DNA from: Cytophagales bacterium
GTDB taxonomy: Bacteria; Bacteroidota; Bacteroidia; Cytophagales; Amoebophilaceae
NCBI GenBank assembly: GCA_020629455.1
Contig: JAHDDH010000002.1
Span: forward strand, 43,349 to 107,348
Length of the DNA: 64,000 bases
Reading direction: 5' to 3'
The notes under the pieces: generated by a model
What the model was told of the DNA's origin: nothing
Database searches by the model: none
The model's input: the letters and a program-made list of their open reading frames with translations, nothing else
Made by a program: the position numbers and the translations under genes
Part shown: in pieces, positions 1 to 8,958 of the stretch
Layout of the letters: every line of letters starts with the position of its first letter
Numbering within the stretch: position 1 is the first letter of the stretch

Positions 1-1376
1 TCAATTTCATCCAAAAGCATAACTGGATTACTCGATTTTGCTTTGCTAATATTTTGTAAAATCCTTCCAGGCATAGAAGCTACATATGTTTTTCTATGAC
101 CTCTTATCTCAGCTTCGTCTTGTATACCTCCCAATGCTATCTTAACATACTTTCTGTTCAAAGCCTTGGCAATCGACTCACCCAAAGAAGTTTTACCAAC
201 TCCCGGAGGCCCGTAAAGGCATAAAATAGGCCCTTTCATATTATTTTTTAGTTTCAAAACTGCCAAATACTCTATAATTCTTTCTTTTACTTTTTCTAAA
301 CCGTAATGATTTTTGTCTAAAATCTTCTTAGCCCTTACCAAGTCAAAATTATCTTTGGTGTATTCTTGCCAAGGTAATTCCAAAAAAAGTTCTGCATGGT
401 TGATGAAAGAAGCATAATCTGCTGAGTGTGTATGTAATCTTTCTGCTTTGTCTAAATTTTTGGAAAAAAAATCAGCTACTGCTTGTGGCCATTTTTTTTT
501 TTCTCCTAATAATCTTAACTCATCAATTTCCGTTTCTTCTTCATCATCTCCCAATTCATTTTGTAAAACTTTGATTTGTTGTTTGAGATAAAAATTTTTT
601 TGATGTTCTTGAATATTATTAAAAAGCTTGCTTTGTATTTTTTTTTGTAATTGTATGAGTTCTAAGCTTTTCAACAAATGCTTCAATAAAAATTTCCCTC
701 TTTTTTCCACGTCATCGATAGTCAAAAGCCGTTGTTTATCGGAAGGATCTGTATGCAAGTTGAAGCACAAAAAATTAATCAAAAAATTACTGTTCTTAAT
801 TTTGTCTATAGCATTTTTGATTTCATTTGCTCCTTCTTTTACATGGGAAAACATACTTTTAGATGCTTCACGAATAGATTTTATAAGGGCAGCTATTTTA
901 GGCGTTTCTTTTGTTAAATTTTTGTCTTGTAATGGCTTAATTTTTGCAAACATATACGCTTCTTTTTGTATAATTTCTTCTACAAGAAACCGCATATTTC
1001 CTCGAACAATAGCTGATTTTTTTCCATCTGGCAGCTCTAAAATTTTCATGACGCTGACAGTTGTACCATATGAAAAAAATTTTTCTGTATTTTTTTTACG
1101 TGATATAATACCCACATTTTCTTGCAGCTCGTAAGCCCTTTCCATAATTTTAAGACTTTGAGGGTCCTTAAGTAACACTGGCACTACTATTTTAGGAAAA
1201 ACAATAAGATCTAAATTCTTTACAATGGGTAAAAGTGAAGGAATATCTTTTTCTTGATTTTGTTGCTCGCTATCTTCTTCCATATCTTCTGAAAAAAAAA
1301 TAGGAATCACATGTTCAGAGTGTTTTGCAGACAAAGGAGAAAATAATAACGAGGATTGCAATGAGTCTTCAAACAT
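1..1376 (-). CDS. lon: ATP-dependent protease Lon, N-terminal ~458 codons (3' end runs off the window)
   Basis: Absent from the ORF track because it is open at the window edge. Reverse-strand translation from ATG at 1376 reads MFEDSLQSS...[22 protein letters not shown] (Lon N-domain). It ends ...[62 protein letters not shown] (Walker A plus Lon AAA+ signature). The frame is consistent from 1376 to position 3. Confidence 0.85.
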   Translation of the reverse strand, partial: [458 protein letters not shown]

Positions 1377-1429
1377 AAGCTGTACTAATTTTGGTTTTAA
1401 TTTGATATATCAATTCTGATACCAGTTTT

Positions 1430-2731
1430 TCAAAATAGTTTGTAAATATCATTGAAAATCGTAAAAATGGCTAGAGACAATAAAATTAATATGCCTACTT
1501 TTTGCATAAAGAGCAAAAAACGAGTGGGTAAACTGCGCCCTGTGATCATTTCATATATCAAAAAAATACCATGACCACCATCCAAGGCGGGTATAGGCAA
1601 AAAATTGACAAAGGCTAAAACCATAGACAATAATCCAATCATTCGCCAAAAATGTATAAAATTAAATTGTGTACCGAAAATTTTGGCAATACCAATAGGA
1701 CCGCTTAAAGATTGGGTAGCAGATAATTTTCCTGTAAAAACTTTTACCAATCCTAGGGCATTTGTCCAAATAACATCAAAAGCCTTATGTGTACCCACCA
1801 TAATAGCATCTGCTAATCCATAAGATTTTTTTTCAACAGGCAATAAAATCTCAGGACAAAAACCTAGTTTTCCAGTGATAGGAATCATGATTTTTTTTAT
1901 GATTAAAGATGTCCCACGTGCAATCGTAATATCTACTGTTTGCCCTTTATATTGCTGTAAGCAATGGATTAATTCTTGAAAATAACGTGCAGATGTTCCA
2001 TGAATTGTCAATATTGTATCGCCAGGCTGGAGTCCTATGTTGGCTGCTATGCTATCTTTGATTACTTGCTTAACACTAAAGGGCTGTAATGGCTCTAAAA
2101 AAAAAGTCTTTTTAGAAGACAGCTTTTCTAAAAAATTTGCAGGCATATGTAACGTCAATGTTTGTCCATTTCTCAAAACAGTATAATAACCTCCGTTGAG
2201 CAGATGATAAGGATTCATCAAATCTGAAAATCGTGTAAAATCCTTGCCATTGATATCTAAAATTTTATCTCCTTTTTGAAAGCCTATAGTTTGGCCTAGG
2301 GTATGTGGGAAAATCCCATGTATATTCATATTTTTTTTAGAGATAAAACTTTCTCCACAAGCAAAAGTCAACACAATATAAATCAAAACACCTGTAATCA
2401 AATTGAATATAATACCACCCATGATTACCAGCCATCTTTGCCAAGCAGGTTTGGCAACAAACTCCCAAGGTTGAGGGTTTTTGATTTCTTTTTGCTCTAG
2501 ATATTCGTCTATCATACCTGCAATTTTCACAGATCCACCCAAAGGAATAGCACCTAACGCATATGATGTATGTCCTATTTTAAAGCTAAAAATTTTAGGA
2601 GGAAAGCCAATAGAAAATTTTTCTACACGCATCCCAAACCAACGGGCAAAAAGCATATGGCCTAGTTCATGCAATCCTACAATAATGGATAAGCCTACTA
2701 AAAATTGGATAATCATGATGAAAATATGCAT
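1430..2731 (-). CDS. rseP: RIP zinc metalloprotease RseP (site-2 protease, PDZ-containing)
   Basis: 433 aa. HELGH zinc motif at the N-terminus (GLHELGHMLFARWFG), internal PDZ-like region, and the C-terminal NFLPIPALDGGH motif typical of the S2P/M50 family. Confidence 0.9.
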   Translation of the reverse strand: MHIFIMIIQFLVGLSIIVGLHELGHMLFARWFGMRVEKFSIGFPPKIFSFKIGHTSYALGAIPLGGSVKIAGMIDEYLEQKEIKNPQPWEFVAKPAWQRWLVIMGGIIFNLITGVLIYIVLTFACGESFISKKNMNIHGIFPHTLGQTIGFQKGDKILDINGKDFTRFSDLMNPYHLLNGGYYTVLRNGQTLTLHMPANFLEKLSSKKTFFLEPLQPFSVKQVIKDSIAANIGLQPGDTILTIHGTSARYFQELIHCLQQYKGQTVDITIARGTSLIIKKIMIPITGKLGFCPEILLPVEKKSYGLADAIMVGTHKAFDVIWTNALGLVKVFTGKLSATQSLSGPIGIAKIFGTQFNFIHFWRMIGLLSMVLAFVNFLPIPALDGGHGIFLIYEMITGRSLPTRFLLFMQKVGILILLSLAIFTIFNDIYKLF

Positions 2732-2789
2732 ACAGAAAAAAATAACGATTAAAGGGGCAAAATTACTGGTTTATGACTGTTTTCCCAAA

Positions 2790-4286
2790 TCATTTCAAAC
2801 GGTAAGGCCAAAGGTCTTCTGCTATGGTACGATCATTGGCAACACGAGGGACTTTGTTTTGACCTCCTAATTTCCCTTTTTGCTTCATGTATAACAAAAA
2901 GGCATCTGGTTGTAACAAAGTAATCTTGGGGTGATCTAGTATTTTATCTTTAATTAAATCGTGATAATAACTATTCAACGTTTGTAAATGTACTGATAAA
3001 GTACTGGAAAATTGATCAAGGTCATGAGGCTGCTGTGCAAAAGCAATACACCATTCATGACAAGATTTTATGTTTGTATCTTTGCTGACATAAGGTGCCA
3101 CTGTAAATTCAATCAGATTTGCTTCAGGAAATTTTTTCAAAGCATATAGCATAGATTGCTCAATTTCTTCCACAATAACATGCTCTCCAAAAGCAGAAAT
3201 AAAATGTTTCGTTCGACCGGTGACAATAATTCTGTAAGGATTTAAGCTGATAAACTTAACAGTATCGCCTAGTAAATAACCCCAAAGCCCTGCGTTGCTG
3301 TTGAGTATGATAGCATAATGTACACCTTTCACCACTGCTGATAACGGAATACGTTTATTATTGTTTAATCGAAAATTTTCCAAATCTATAAACTCATAAA
3401 AAATACCACTATTTACTTGTAGCAATAATCCTGGTACATCTGTTTGGTCTTGAAAAGCAATAAAACCTTCCGAAGCAGGGTAGGTTTCAAGCATGGAAAT
3501 GGCTTGAGGCAAGGTATTACGCAATTTTTTTTCGTAGGGGTGGAAACTGACGCCCCCATGTACGAGCAAACAGAGATAACGCAATTTTTCTTTTGAACCT
3601 TTTGCCAAAATTCTATCCAAAAACATTTGTATCCATGGGGGAATCCCTGCGATTAAGGTCATTTTATCTGTGCCAATTTCATCTGATATTTTATCTAATT
3701 TTTTTTCCCAGTCTTCAATACAATTGGTAGCATAGCACGGCATATGATCTTTACGCAAGTATATAGGCACATGATGCTGAACAATACCAGACAAACGTCC
3801 TATGAAAATATTATTTTTTTTTTCTAATGAAGGAGACCCTGATAAAAAAATCATCTTTCCTTTCAAAAAATCAATCTTACCACTATAGTGTAGATAATAC
3901 AATAACGCATTTCTTGCACAGCCTATATGATTTTTGATAGATGCTTTGGTGATGGGAATATACTTATCACCAGCCGTTGTACCGGATGTTTTGGCTAAAT
4001 AAAGTGGTTTTCCAGGCCATAACACATTTGGTTGGCCATTTTTTATTTGTTGTATATAAGGTATGATAGATTCATAATGCACAATTGGCACATATTTTTT
4101 AAAATCTTGATAATTTTGAATTTTACCAAAATGATGATCTTGACCAAATTGAGTTTTACGACCTTTTTGTATAAGCTTTCGGAATATTTTTTGTTGATAT
4201 TTTATTGGATGACTTGTGTATCTCTTTTGCTTTTGCACCACCCAAACGGCAATCATCTTTGCCAATATTTTTTTTATTAAAAACAT
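2790..4286 (-). CDS. GH3 (auxin-responsive promoter) family acyl-adenylate-forming protein
   Basis: 498 aa. Shows LAKTSGTTAGDKYIPITK and the overall GH3-family layout seen in Bacteroidota homologues, recognised from memory of PF03321. Confidence 0.75.
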   Translation of the reverse strand: MFLIKKILAKMIAVWVVQKQKRYTSHPIKYQQKIFRKLIQKGRKTQFGQDHHFGKIQNYQDFKKYVPIVHYESIIPYIQQIKNGQPNVLWPGKPLYLAKTSGTTAGDKYIPITKASIKNHIGCARNALLYYLHYSGKIDFLKGKMIFLSGSPSLEKKNNIFIGRLSGIVQHHVPIYLRKDHMPCYATNCIEDWEKKLDKISDEIGTDKMTLIAGIPPWIQMFLDRILAKGSKEKLRYLCLLVHGGVSFHPYEKKLRNTLPQAISMLETYPASEGFIAFQDQTDVPGLLLQVNSGIFYEFIDLENFRLNNNKRIPLSAVVKGVHYAIILNSNAGLWGYLLGDTVKFISLNPYRIIVTGRTKHFISAFGEHVIVEEIEQSMLYALKKFPEANLIEFTVAPYVSKDTNIKSCHEWCIAFAQQPHDLDQFSSTLSVHLQTLNSYYHDLIKDKILDHPKITLLQPDAFLLYMKQKGKLGGQNKVPRVANDRTIAEDLWPYRLK

Positions 4287-4338
4287 AGGCTACTATATTA
4301 CATATTGAATAATGTGCTGTGTAAAAACAAACAACAAT

Positions 4339-5370
4339 TCAACTGATTAAAATAGTCTTATAGTGATACAATTGCTTCAATACAATACCAGTACCATTAA
4401 CTACTGCTTTCAAAGCATCTTTTGCTACATGGACTTTTAGCTTAGTTTTACTGGCTATCCGTTGGTCTAAACCTCTGAGCATAGCACCACCTCCTGTCAA
4501 GTGTATGCCATGTAAGTAAATATCACTGGATAATTCCGGTGGACATATTTCCAATGCTTTAAGAATCGCTTCTTCAATTTTAATCACTGATTTTTCTAAT
4601 GCCTGAGCTATTTCTTGAGATGTCAACGTAATTGTACGAGGTATACCACTCAAAAGATCTCTTCCTCTAATGGTAAAATCTTCTGGCGGATTTTCTAAAT
4701 TTTCTAAAACAGCCCCTACGTGCAATTTGATTTGCTCAGCAGAACGTTCTCCAATCAAAAGGTTATGTCTTCTTTTCATATGATCAATGATATCTGTATT
4801 GAAAGTATCGCCAGCAATGCGTATGGATTGATCACAAACAATACCAGAAAGAGCAATCACCGCTATTTCTGTAGTACCACCACCAATGTCTACAATCATT
4901 GTACCTGTTGGTTTTCGAATATCAATACCTATGCCTATAGCCGCTGCTATAGGCTCATGAATCATATACACTTCTTTAGCCCCTGCATGTGCTGCAGAAT
5001 CGCTGACTGCTCTTTTTTCTACCTCTGTAATACCTGAAGGAATACAAATCACCATACGGTAATTCATAGGCTTAAATAAACTACGATGACTGTCATTTAC
5101 CATTTTTATCATGCCACGTATCATACGCTCTGCTGCATAAAAATCAGCAATCACACCATCTTTTAAAGGGCGGATAGTTTTGATATTTTCATGGGTTTTT
5201 TCATGCATTTGCATAGCGTCATTGCCTACAGCAATGATATGATTAGTTTTTTTGTCAATTGCAATGATGGAAGGTTCGTTTAAAACAACTTTATCTTTAT
5301 GAATGATAAGCGTATTCGCTGTGCCTAAATCGATGGCAATATCACTGGAAAAAAAATTCAAGAATTTCAT
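4339..5370 (-). CDS. mreB: rod-shape-determining protein MreB
   Basis: 343 aa. Actin-fold motifs DLGTANTLI, IPSGITEVEKRAV and VDIGGGTTEIAVI. Overlaps the upstream hydrolase gene by 4 nt. Confidence 0.97.
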   Translation of the reverse strand: MKFLNFFSSDIAIDLGTANTLIIHKDKVVLNEPSIIAIDKKTNHIIAVGNDAMQMHEKTHENIKTIRPLKDGVIADFYAAERMIRGMIKMVNDSHRSLFKPMNYRMVICIPSGITEVEKRAVSDSAAHAGAKEVYMIHEPIAAAIGIGIDIRKPTGTMIVDIGGGTTEIAVIALSGIVCDQSIRIAGDTFNTDIIDHMKRRHNLLIGERSAEQIKLHVGAVLENLENPPEDFTIRGRDLLSGIPRTITLTSQEIAQALEKSVIKIEEAILKALEICPPELSSDIYLHGIHLTGGGAMLRGLDQRIASKTKLKVHVAKDALKAVVNGTGIVLKQLYHYKTILIS

Positions 5371-6140
5371 GATTTTTTTAAAAAATGGAATAATGCTTGG
5401 GTAAAAGCAACAGGTTGATCAGTATATACCCAATGACCTGCCGCTGGAATCGTCGTAAGTGACAAAAGAGGAAACATTTGATAGGCATAAGCCAATTGAT
5501 CAATGGGTATATAGGAAGATAAAGCCCCACGAATAAATAAAGTAGGTTTTAAAAATTTTTGTTGAAAAACAATAGCTTCACTAAAGGAAGGAATATGATG
5601 TGCCAATACAGACAAATTACATTGCCATATAAACTTTCCTTGCTGATTTCTTTTGATATTTTTCATCAAAAATTGACGAAAAGAAGAATCTGGTATAAAG
5701 ACTTGTAATGCCTGATCAATAGAAGTTCTTGCTGTATGATTTACTAAATTAAAATTCAAAAGTTTTGAAAATAAATCACCAAAACGATCTAAAGGCAATG
5801 CATCGGGCAAAATATCTATAAGGATGAGTGTATGGATCAAAGCACCCCATAATTGGGTCATTTGCATAGCTACTTTTCCTCCTAGAGAATGCCCAAAGAT
5901 AATCGGTTGCTGTATATTTTCTGTTTCCATCATACGTAGTATATCTTCTGCCATAATGACAAAATGACTATGATCACTATGAAATGATTGCCCGTGATTT
6001 CTGAGATCTACAAGATAGACAGTAAACCGTTTTTGTAATTTTTTGGCGAATGTAAGCCAATTTTCGCTACTGCCGAGTAGTCCATGGATAATAATAAGGG
6101 GCTGGCCTGTGCCAATTTTTCTGTAAAAGAGAGAAGACAT
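5367..6140 (-). CDS. alpha/beta-fold hydrolase (257 aa)
   Basis: Nucleophile elbow GHSLGG, an N-terminal HGLLGS oxyanion region and a C-terminal AGHW histidine. I moved the start to the ATG at 6140 (MSSLFYRKIG) because the ORF-track extension to 6188 runs into tRNA-Phe. Confidence 0.8.
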   Translation of the reverse strand: MSSLFYRKIGTGQPLIIIHGLLGSSENWLTFAKKLQKRFTVYLVDLRNHGQSFHSDHSHFVIMAEDILRMMETENIQQPIIFGHSLGGKVAMQMTQLWGALIHTLILIDILPDALPLDRFGDLFSKLLNFNLVNHTARTSIDQALQVFIPDSSFRQFLMKNIKRNQQGKFIWQCNLSVLAHHIPSFSEAIVFQQKFLKPTLFIRGALSSYIPIDQLAYAYQMFPLLSLTTIPAAGHWVYTDQPVAFTQALFHFLKKS

Positions 6141-6158
6141 GGAATAGGAGTGAGCATG

Positions 6159-6231
6159 TGGTGATGGGCGGACTCGAACCGCCGACACACGGATTTTCAG
6201 TCCGATGCTCTACCAACTGAGCTACATCACC
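6159..6231 (-). tRNA. tRNA-Phe (anticodon GAA), 73 nt, CCA not encoded
   Basis: The reverse strand reads GGTGATG TA GCTC AGTTGGTA GAGC A TCGGA CTGAAAA TCCGT GTGTC GGCGG TTCGAGT CCGCC CATCACC A. Acceptor, D and T stems are perfect. The anticodon stem has 4 bp plus one U-U mismatch. The TTCGAGT T-loop is present, and the anticodon loop CTGAAAA gives GAA. Confidence 0.93.
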
Positions 6232-6304
6232 GCCTATGGCTGTTGATCATCGCATGATTATGCGATAACAATTTGTAAAGATAAAAAAATATCGTTCTTT
6301 TAGC

Positions 6305-7339
6305 TCAAATTTTAATCATATTCTTTTGAATCAAATGTTGTATATCTAAAATACCCACTAAATTTTCCTCAGTATCTAAAATAATAATATTATCAATTGT
6401 ATGCTTTTGAAATAAATATATGGCATCTGAAAGCAAGGCTTCTTCATATAAAAAAATAGGTACTTTATAATCAAAGGCTGCCATCTTTTTTTTTGTAATA
6501 TTTTCTTGTGTATTTTTTTCTAGATATCTTCTCAAATCACCATCAGTATATACACCTTTTATTTTTTCTGTTTCATCAACGATCACTATGATACCTAAAC
6601 CACTTTGCGTCATTTTTACCAAACTATAGGATAAAGTATCCTGTAAAGACACAATGGGCTTTACTTTAGTCATCACTTCTTTTACTTTTAAGGTCATTGC
6701 ATGAGTATCAGCAACAAATTGCTGCAGCCCCAACGTTGTAAAATGATTATCATTCATTTTTTGTAAAACCTTCCAAGGGACTGTACAAGCATGTACGCCT
6801 ATGTTTAAAGCATTGCGGATATGCTCTGTATTTCTTACAGATGAAAACATAATCTTGGCTGTGGACTGATATTTTTCAACCATGGCTACACATTGTTTGA
6901 GCAAAGCCAAAGCATCGTGCCCTTGATCTTGTAATCTACCCACCAACGGACATATATAAGTCGCCTTGGCAAGCATTGCCATATAAGCTTGTTGAAGGGT
7001 ATACACCAAGTGTATGTTGACTAAAAAACCATTATCTGTCAAATATTTACAAGCCTTAATGCCTTCGTTATTAACAGGAATTTTAAAAACAGTTTTGTTT
7101 TTTTTTAGTCCTAATCCTATCAATCGATGCGCTTCTTCGCATATACTCTCTGTACAATTACCCAAAGCTTCTATTTGTAAAATAGGCACTGTTGCTGCAA
7201 GCTGTAGTATAGTTTCATCAATATTTTTGATGCCCTCTTTATGCATAAAAGTAGGGGTAGTGGTAAGTCCTGTAATGACTTCTAAAGTAAAAGCTTCTTT
7301 GATTTCTTGCAGATTGGCAGAGTCTAAATAAAGTTCCAT
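6305..7339 (-). CDS. fusion protein: fructose-6-phosphate aldolase/transaldolase-like (FSA/TalC) TIM barrel plus C-terminal KdsD/KpsF-type CBS pair
   Basis: 344 aa. The N-terminus MELYLDSANLQEIK, GLTTTPT and TVFKIPVN (Schiff-base Lys context) closely parallel E. coli FSA (MELYLDTSD, GVTTNPS, VVKVPVT). The C-terminal ~120 aa carry GVYTDGDLRR and a second CBS repeat (LVGILDIQHLI), as in KdsD/KpsF. No SIS domain is present. Confidence 0.8.
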   Translation of the reverse strand: MELYLDSANLQEIKEAFTLEVITGLTTTPTFMHKEGIKNIDETILQLAATVPILQIEALGNCTESICEEAHRLIGLGLKKNKTVFKIPVNNEGIKACKYLTDNGFLVNIHLVYTLQQAYMAMLAKATYICPLVGRLQDQGHDALALLKQCVAMVEKYQSTAKIMFSSVRNTEHIRNALNIGVHACTVPWKVLQKMNDNHFTTLGLQQFVADTHAMTLKVKEVMTKVKPIVSLQDTLSYSLVKMTQSGLGIIVIVDETEKIKGVYTDGDLRRYLEKNTQENITKKKMAAFDYKVPIFLYEEALLSDAIYLFQKHTIDNIIILDTEENLVGILDIQHLIQKNMIKI

Positions 7340-7351
7340 GATATAATGCCT

Positions 7352-8179
7352 TTAAATATTTTGTAGGGTATGATAAATTGCTAATAAAGGTTTTAAAAAA
7401 TCTTCTAAATCGTATAATGACATCTGGCTGGCAGCATCGCACAACGCGTTTGAAGGATCAGGATGTACTTCAATAAATAAACCATCAATGCCAGTGGCTA
7501 CACTGGCACGTGCTAGTGTAGATAAATAGACTGGACTACCTCCTGTAGCGCATGCACTCGGTATACCGTATTTTCTGATACTATGCGTTACGTCAAATAC
7601 TACTGGATAACCTGTTTTTTGAAGATGAAAAAAACTTCTAGGGTCTACCACAAGATCATTGTAGCCAAAAGTATATCCTCTTTCAGTGAGAATAATTTGG
7701 TCATTACCACTATCGGTAATTTTTTTGATAGGATATTTGATATTTTCTGGGGCTAAAAATTGTCCATGTTTAATGTTGATAATTTTGTTTGTTTTAGCAG
7801 CATGGATCAATAAATCGGTTTGCATACACAAGTAAGCGGGTATTTGAATAATATCGACTACAGTTGCTACAGCTTTTGCTTGTGTTGGATAATGAATATC
7901 AGTCACTAAGGGAAGTTGAAAGTCTTTTTTAATTCTTTCTAACACCTTCAGCCCTTTTAGCATTCCTGGCCCTCGATAGTAGGACAAATCACTCCTATTG
8001 TCTTTTTGAAAAGAAGATTTATAAATGATGGGAATAGCTAATTTTTCTTGTAGTTTTGCCAAATATTCAGCTGTTTTCAACATCACTGTTGTATCTTCTA
8101 TCACACAAGGACCTGCGATTAAAAAAAATGATTGTCCACCCAACAAATGATGGGCTGCCGTAATAATTTTTTGAGACAT
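7352..8179 (-). CDS. kdsA: 3-deoxy-8-phosphooctulonate (KDO-8-P) synthase
   Basis: 275 aa. Aligns along its whole length to KdsA (KSSFQKDNRS, QIPAYLCMQTDL, VFDVTHS, GLFIEVHPDP). It has GPCVIE, with Cys where E. coli has Asn, which marks the metal-dependent subclass. Confidence 0.93.
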   Translation of the reverse strand: MSQKIITAAHHLLGGQSFFLIAGPCVIEDTTVMLKTAEYLAKLQEKLAIPIIYKSSFQKDNRSDLSYYRGPGMLKGLKVLERIKKDFQLPLVTDIHYPTQAKAVATVVDIIQIPAYLCMQTDLLIHAAKTNKIINIKHGQFLAPENIKYPIKKITDSGNDQIILTERGYTFGYNDLVVDPRSFFHLQKTGYPVVFDVTHSIRKYGIPSACATGGSPVYLSTLARASVATGIDGLFIEVHPDPSNALCDAASQMSLYDLEDFLKPLLAIYHTLQNI

Positions 8180-8207
8180 GGGCTAGGATCTTGATTCTTG
8201 AATGTGT

Positions 8208-8948
8208 TTAATTGACATGTTTTTGATAAAAAAAAATAGATAGGATAGCATACCAGAGGATCAAAAATGGTAGCCCTTCTAATGGCCATAGAAATACCAA
8301 AAAATTAGCACCTAACAAAAAAATATAGGGTATTTTGTTGAGATGCCAAGAAAAATCAGAAAATTTAAAATTAAAAAAATATAAAGGAGCTATTAAGAGT
8401 AAAGAAAATAATAGCGTAAAAAACACAAGTATAAAAAATAATGGAAGGGCTGTATTAACAAATATGCTATCTAAACATTGATAAAAACAACTTTTTGGCA
8501 CAATTAAAAAATGCAAAGTGCTAATAAAAAATGCATTGGCTGGAGTGGGCATGCCCATAAAATAGTCATTGGTGCCTATAAGATTAAAACGAGCCAGTCT
8601 TAGAGCAGAACAAATCAAAATGACAAAAGCAATACTAGCAAAAAAAGGAGCATAATTTTTTAAAAAAAAAATCTGATGAGCATGGTCGTAAATCATACCA
8701 TACATCATCAAAGTGGGAAGAAGGCCAAAAGTAATAAGATCTGCAAGTGTATCGAGTTGTTGTCCAATGGCAGAAGTAACAGATAACAGACGTGCTGTAA
8801 AACCATCTAAAAAATCAAAAAACATCCCTATCCATATAAAAATTCCCGCATAATAACCATAGCCTAACACCAACGCAACAATGCCTGTAGCTCCACTGAG
8901 TAGATTAAGCATAGTCAAAAAATTGGGTATATGTTTTTTGATTTGCAT
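8208..8948 (-). CDS. pssA: CDP-diacylglycerol--serine O-phosphatidyltransferase (CDP-alcohol phosphatidyltransferase family)
   Basis: 246 aa polytopic membrane protein. It has the full DxxDGxxAR-x8-G-x3-D-x3-D motif (DFLDGFTARLLSVTSAIGQQLDTLAD). Size and layout match the Bacteroidota PssA type. Confidence 0.8.
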   Translation of the reverse strand: MQIKKHIPNFLTMLNLLSGATGIVALVLGYGYYAGIFIWIGMFFDFLDGFTARLLSVTSAIGQQLDTLADLITFGLLPTLMMYGMIYDHAHQIFFLKNYAPFFASIAFVILICSALRLARFNLIGTNDYFMGMPTPANAFFISTLHFLIVPKSCFYQCLDSIFVNTALPLFFILVFFTLLFSLLLIAPLYFFNFKFSDFSWHLNKIPYIFLLGANFLVFLWPLEGLPFLILWYAILSIFFYQKHVN

Positions 8949-8958
8949 AGAAGGTTAT

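Noticed and set aside
628-1134. Plus-strand ORFs 628-1134 and 732-917 from the ORF track
   Set aside because: They lie antisense to a continuous, strongly recognisable Lon protease reading frame. Their translations are low-complexity and Phe/Ser/Cys-rich with no motif.
6141-6190. N-terminal extension of the hydrolase ORF (to 6188) and the 60-aa ORF 6008-6190
   Set aside because: The extension runs through the 3' half of tRNA-Phe. The internal ATG at 6140 gives a normal alpha/beta-hydrolase N-terminus.
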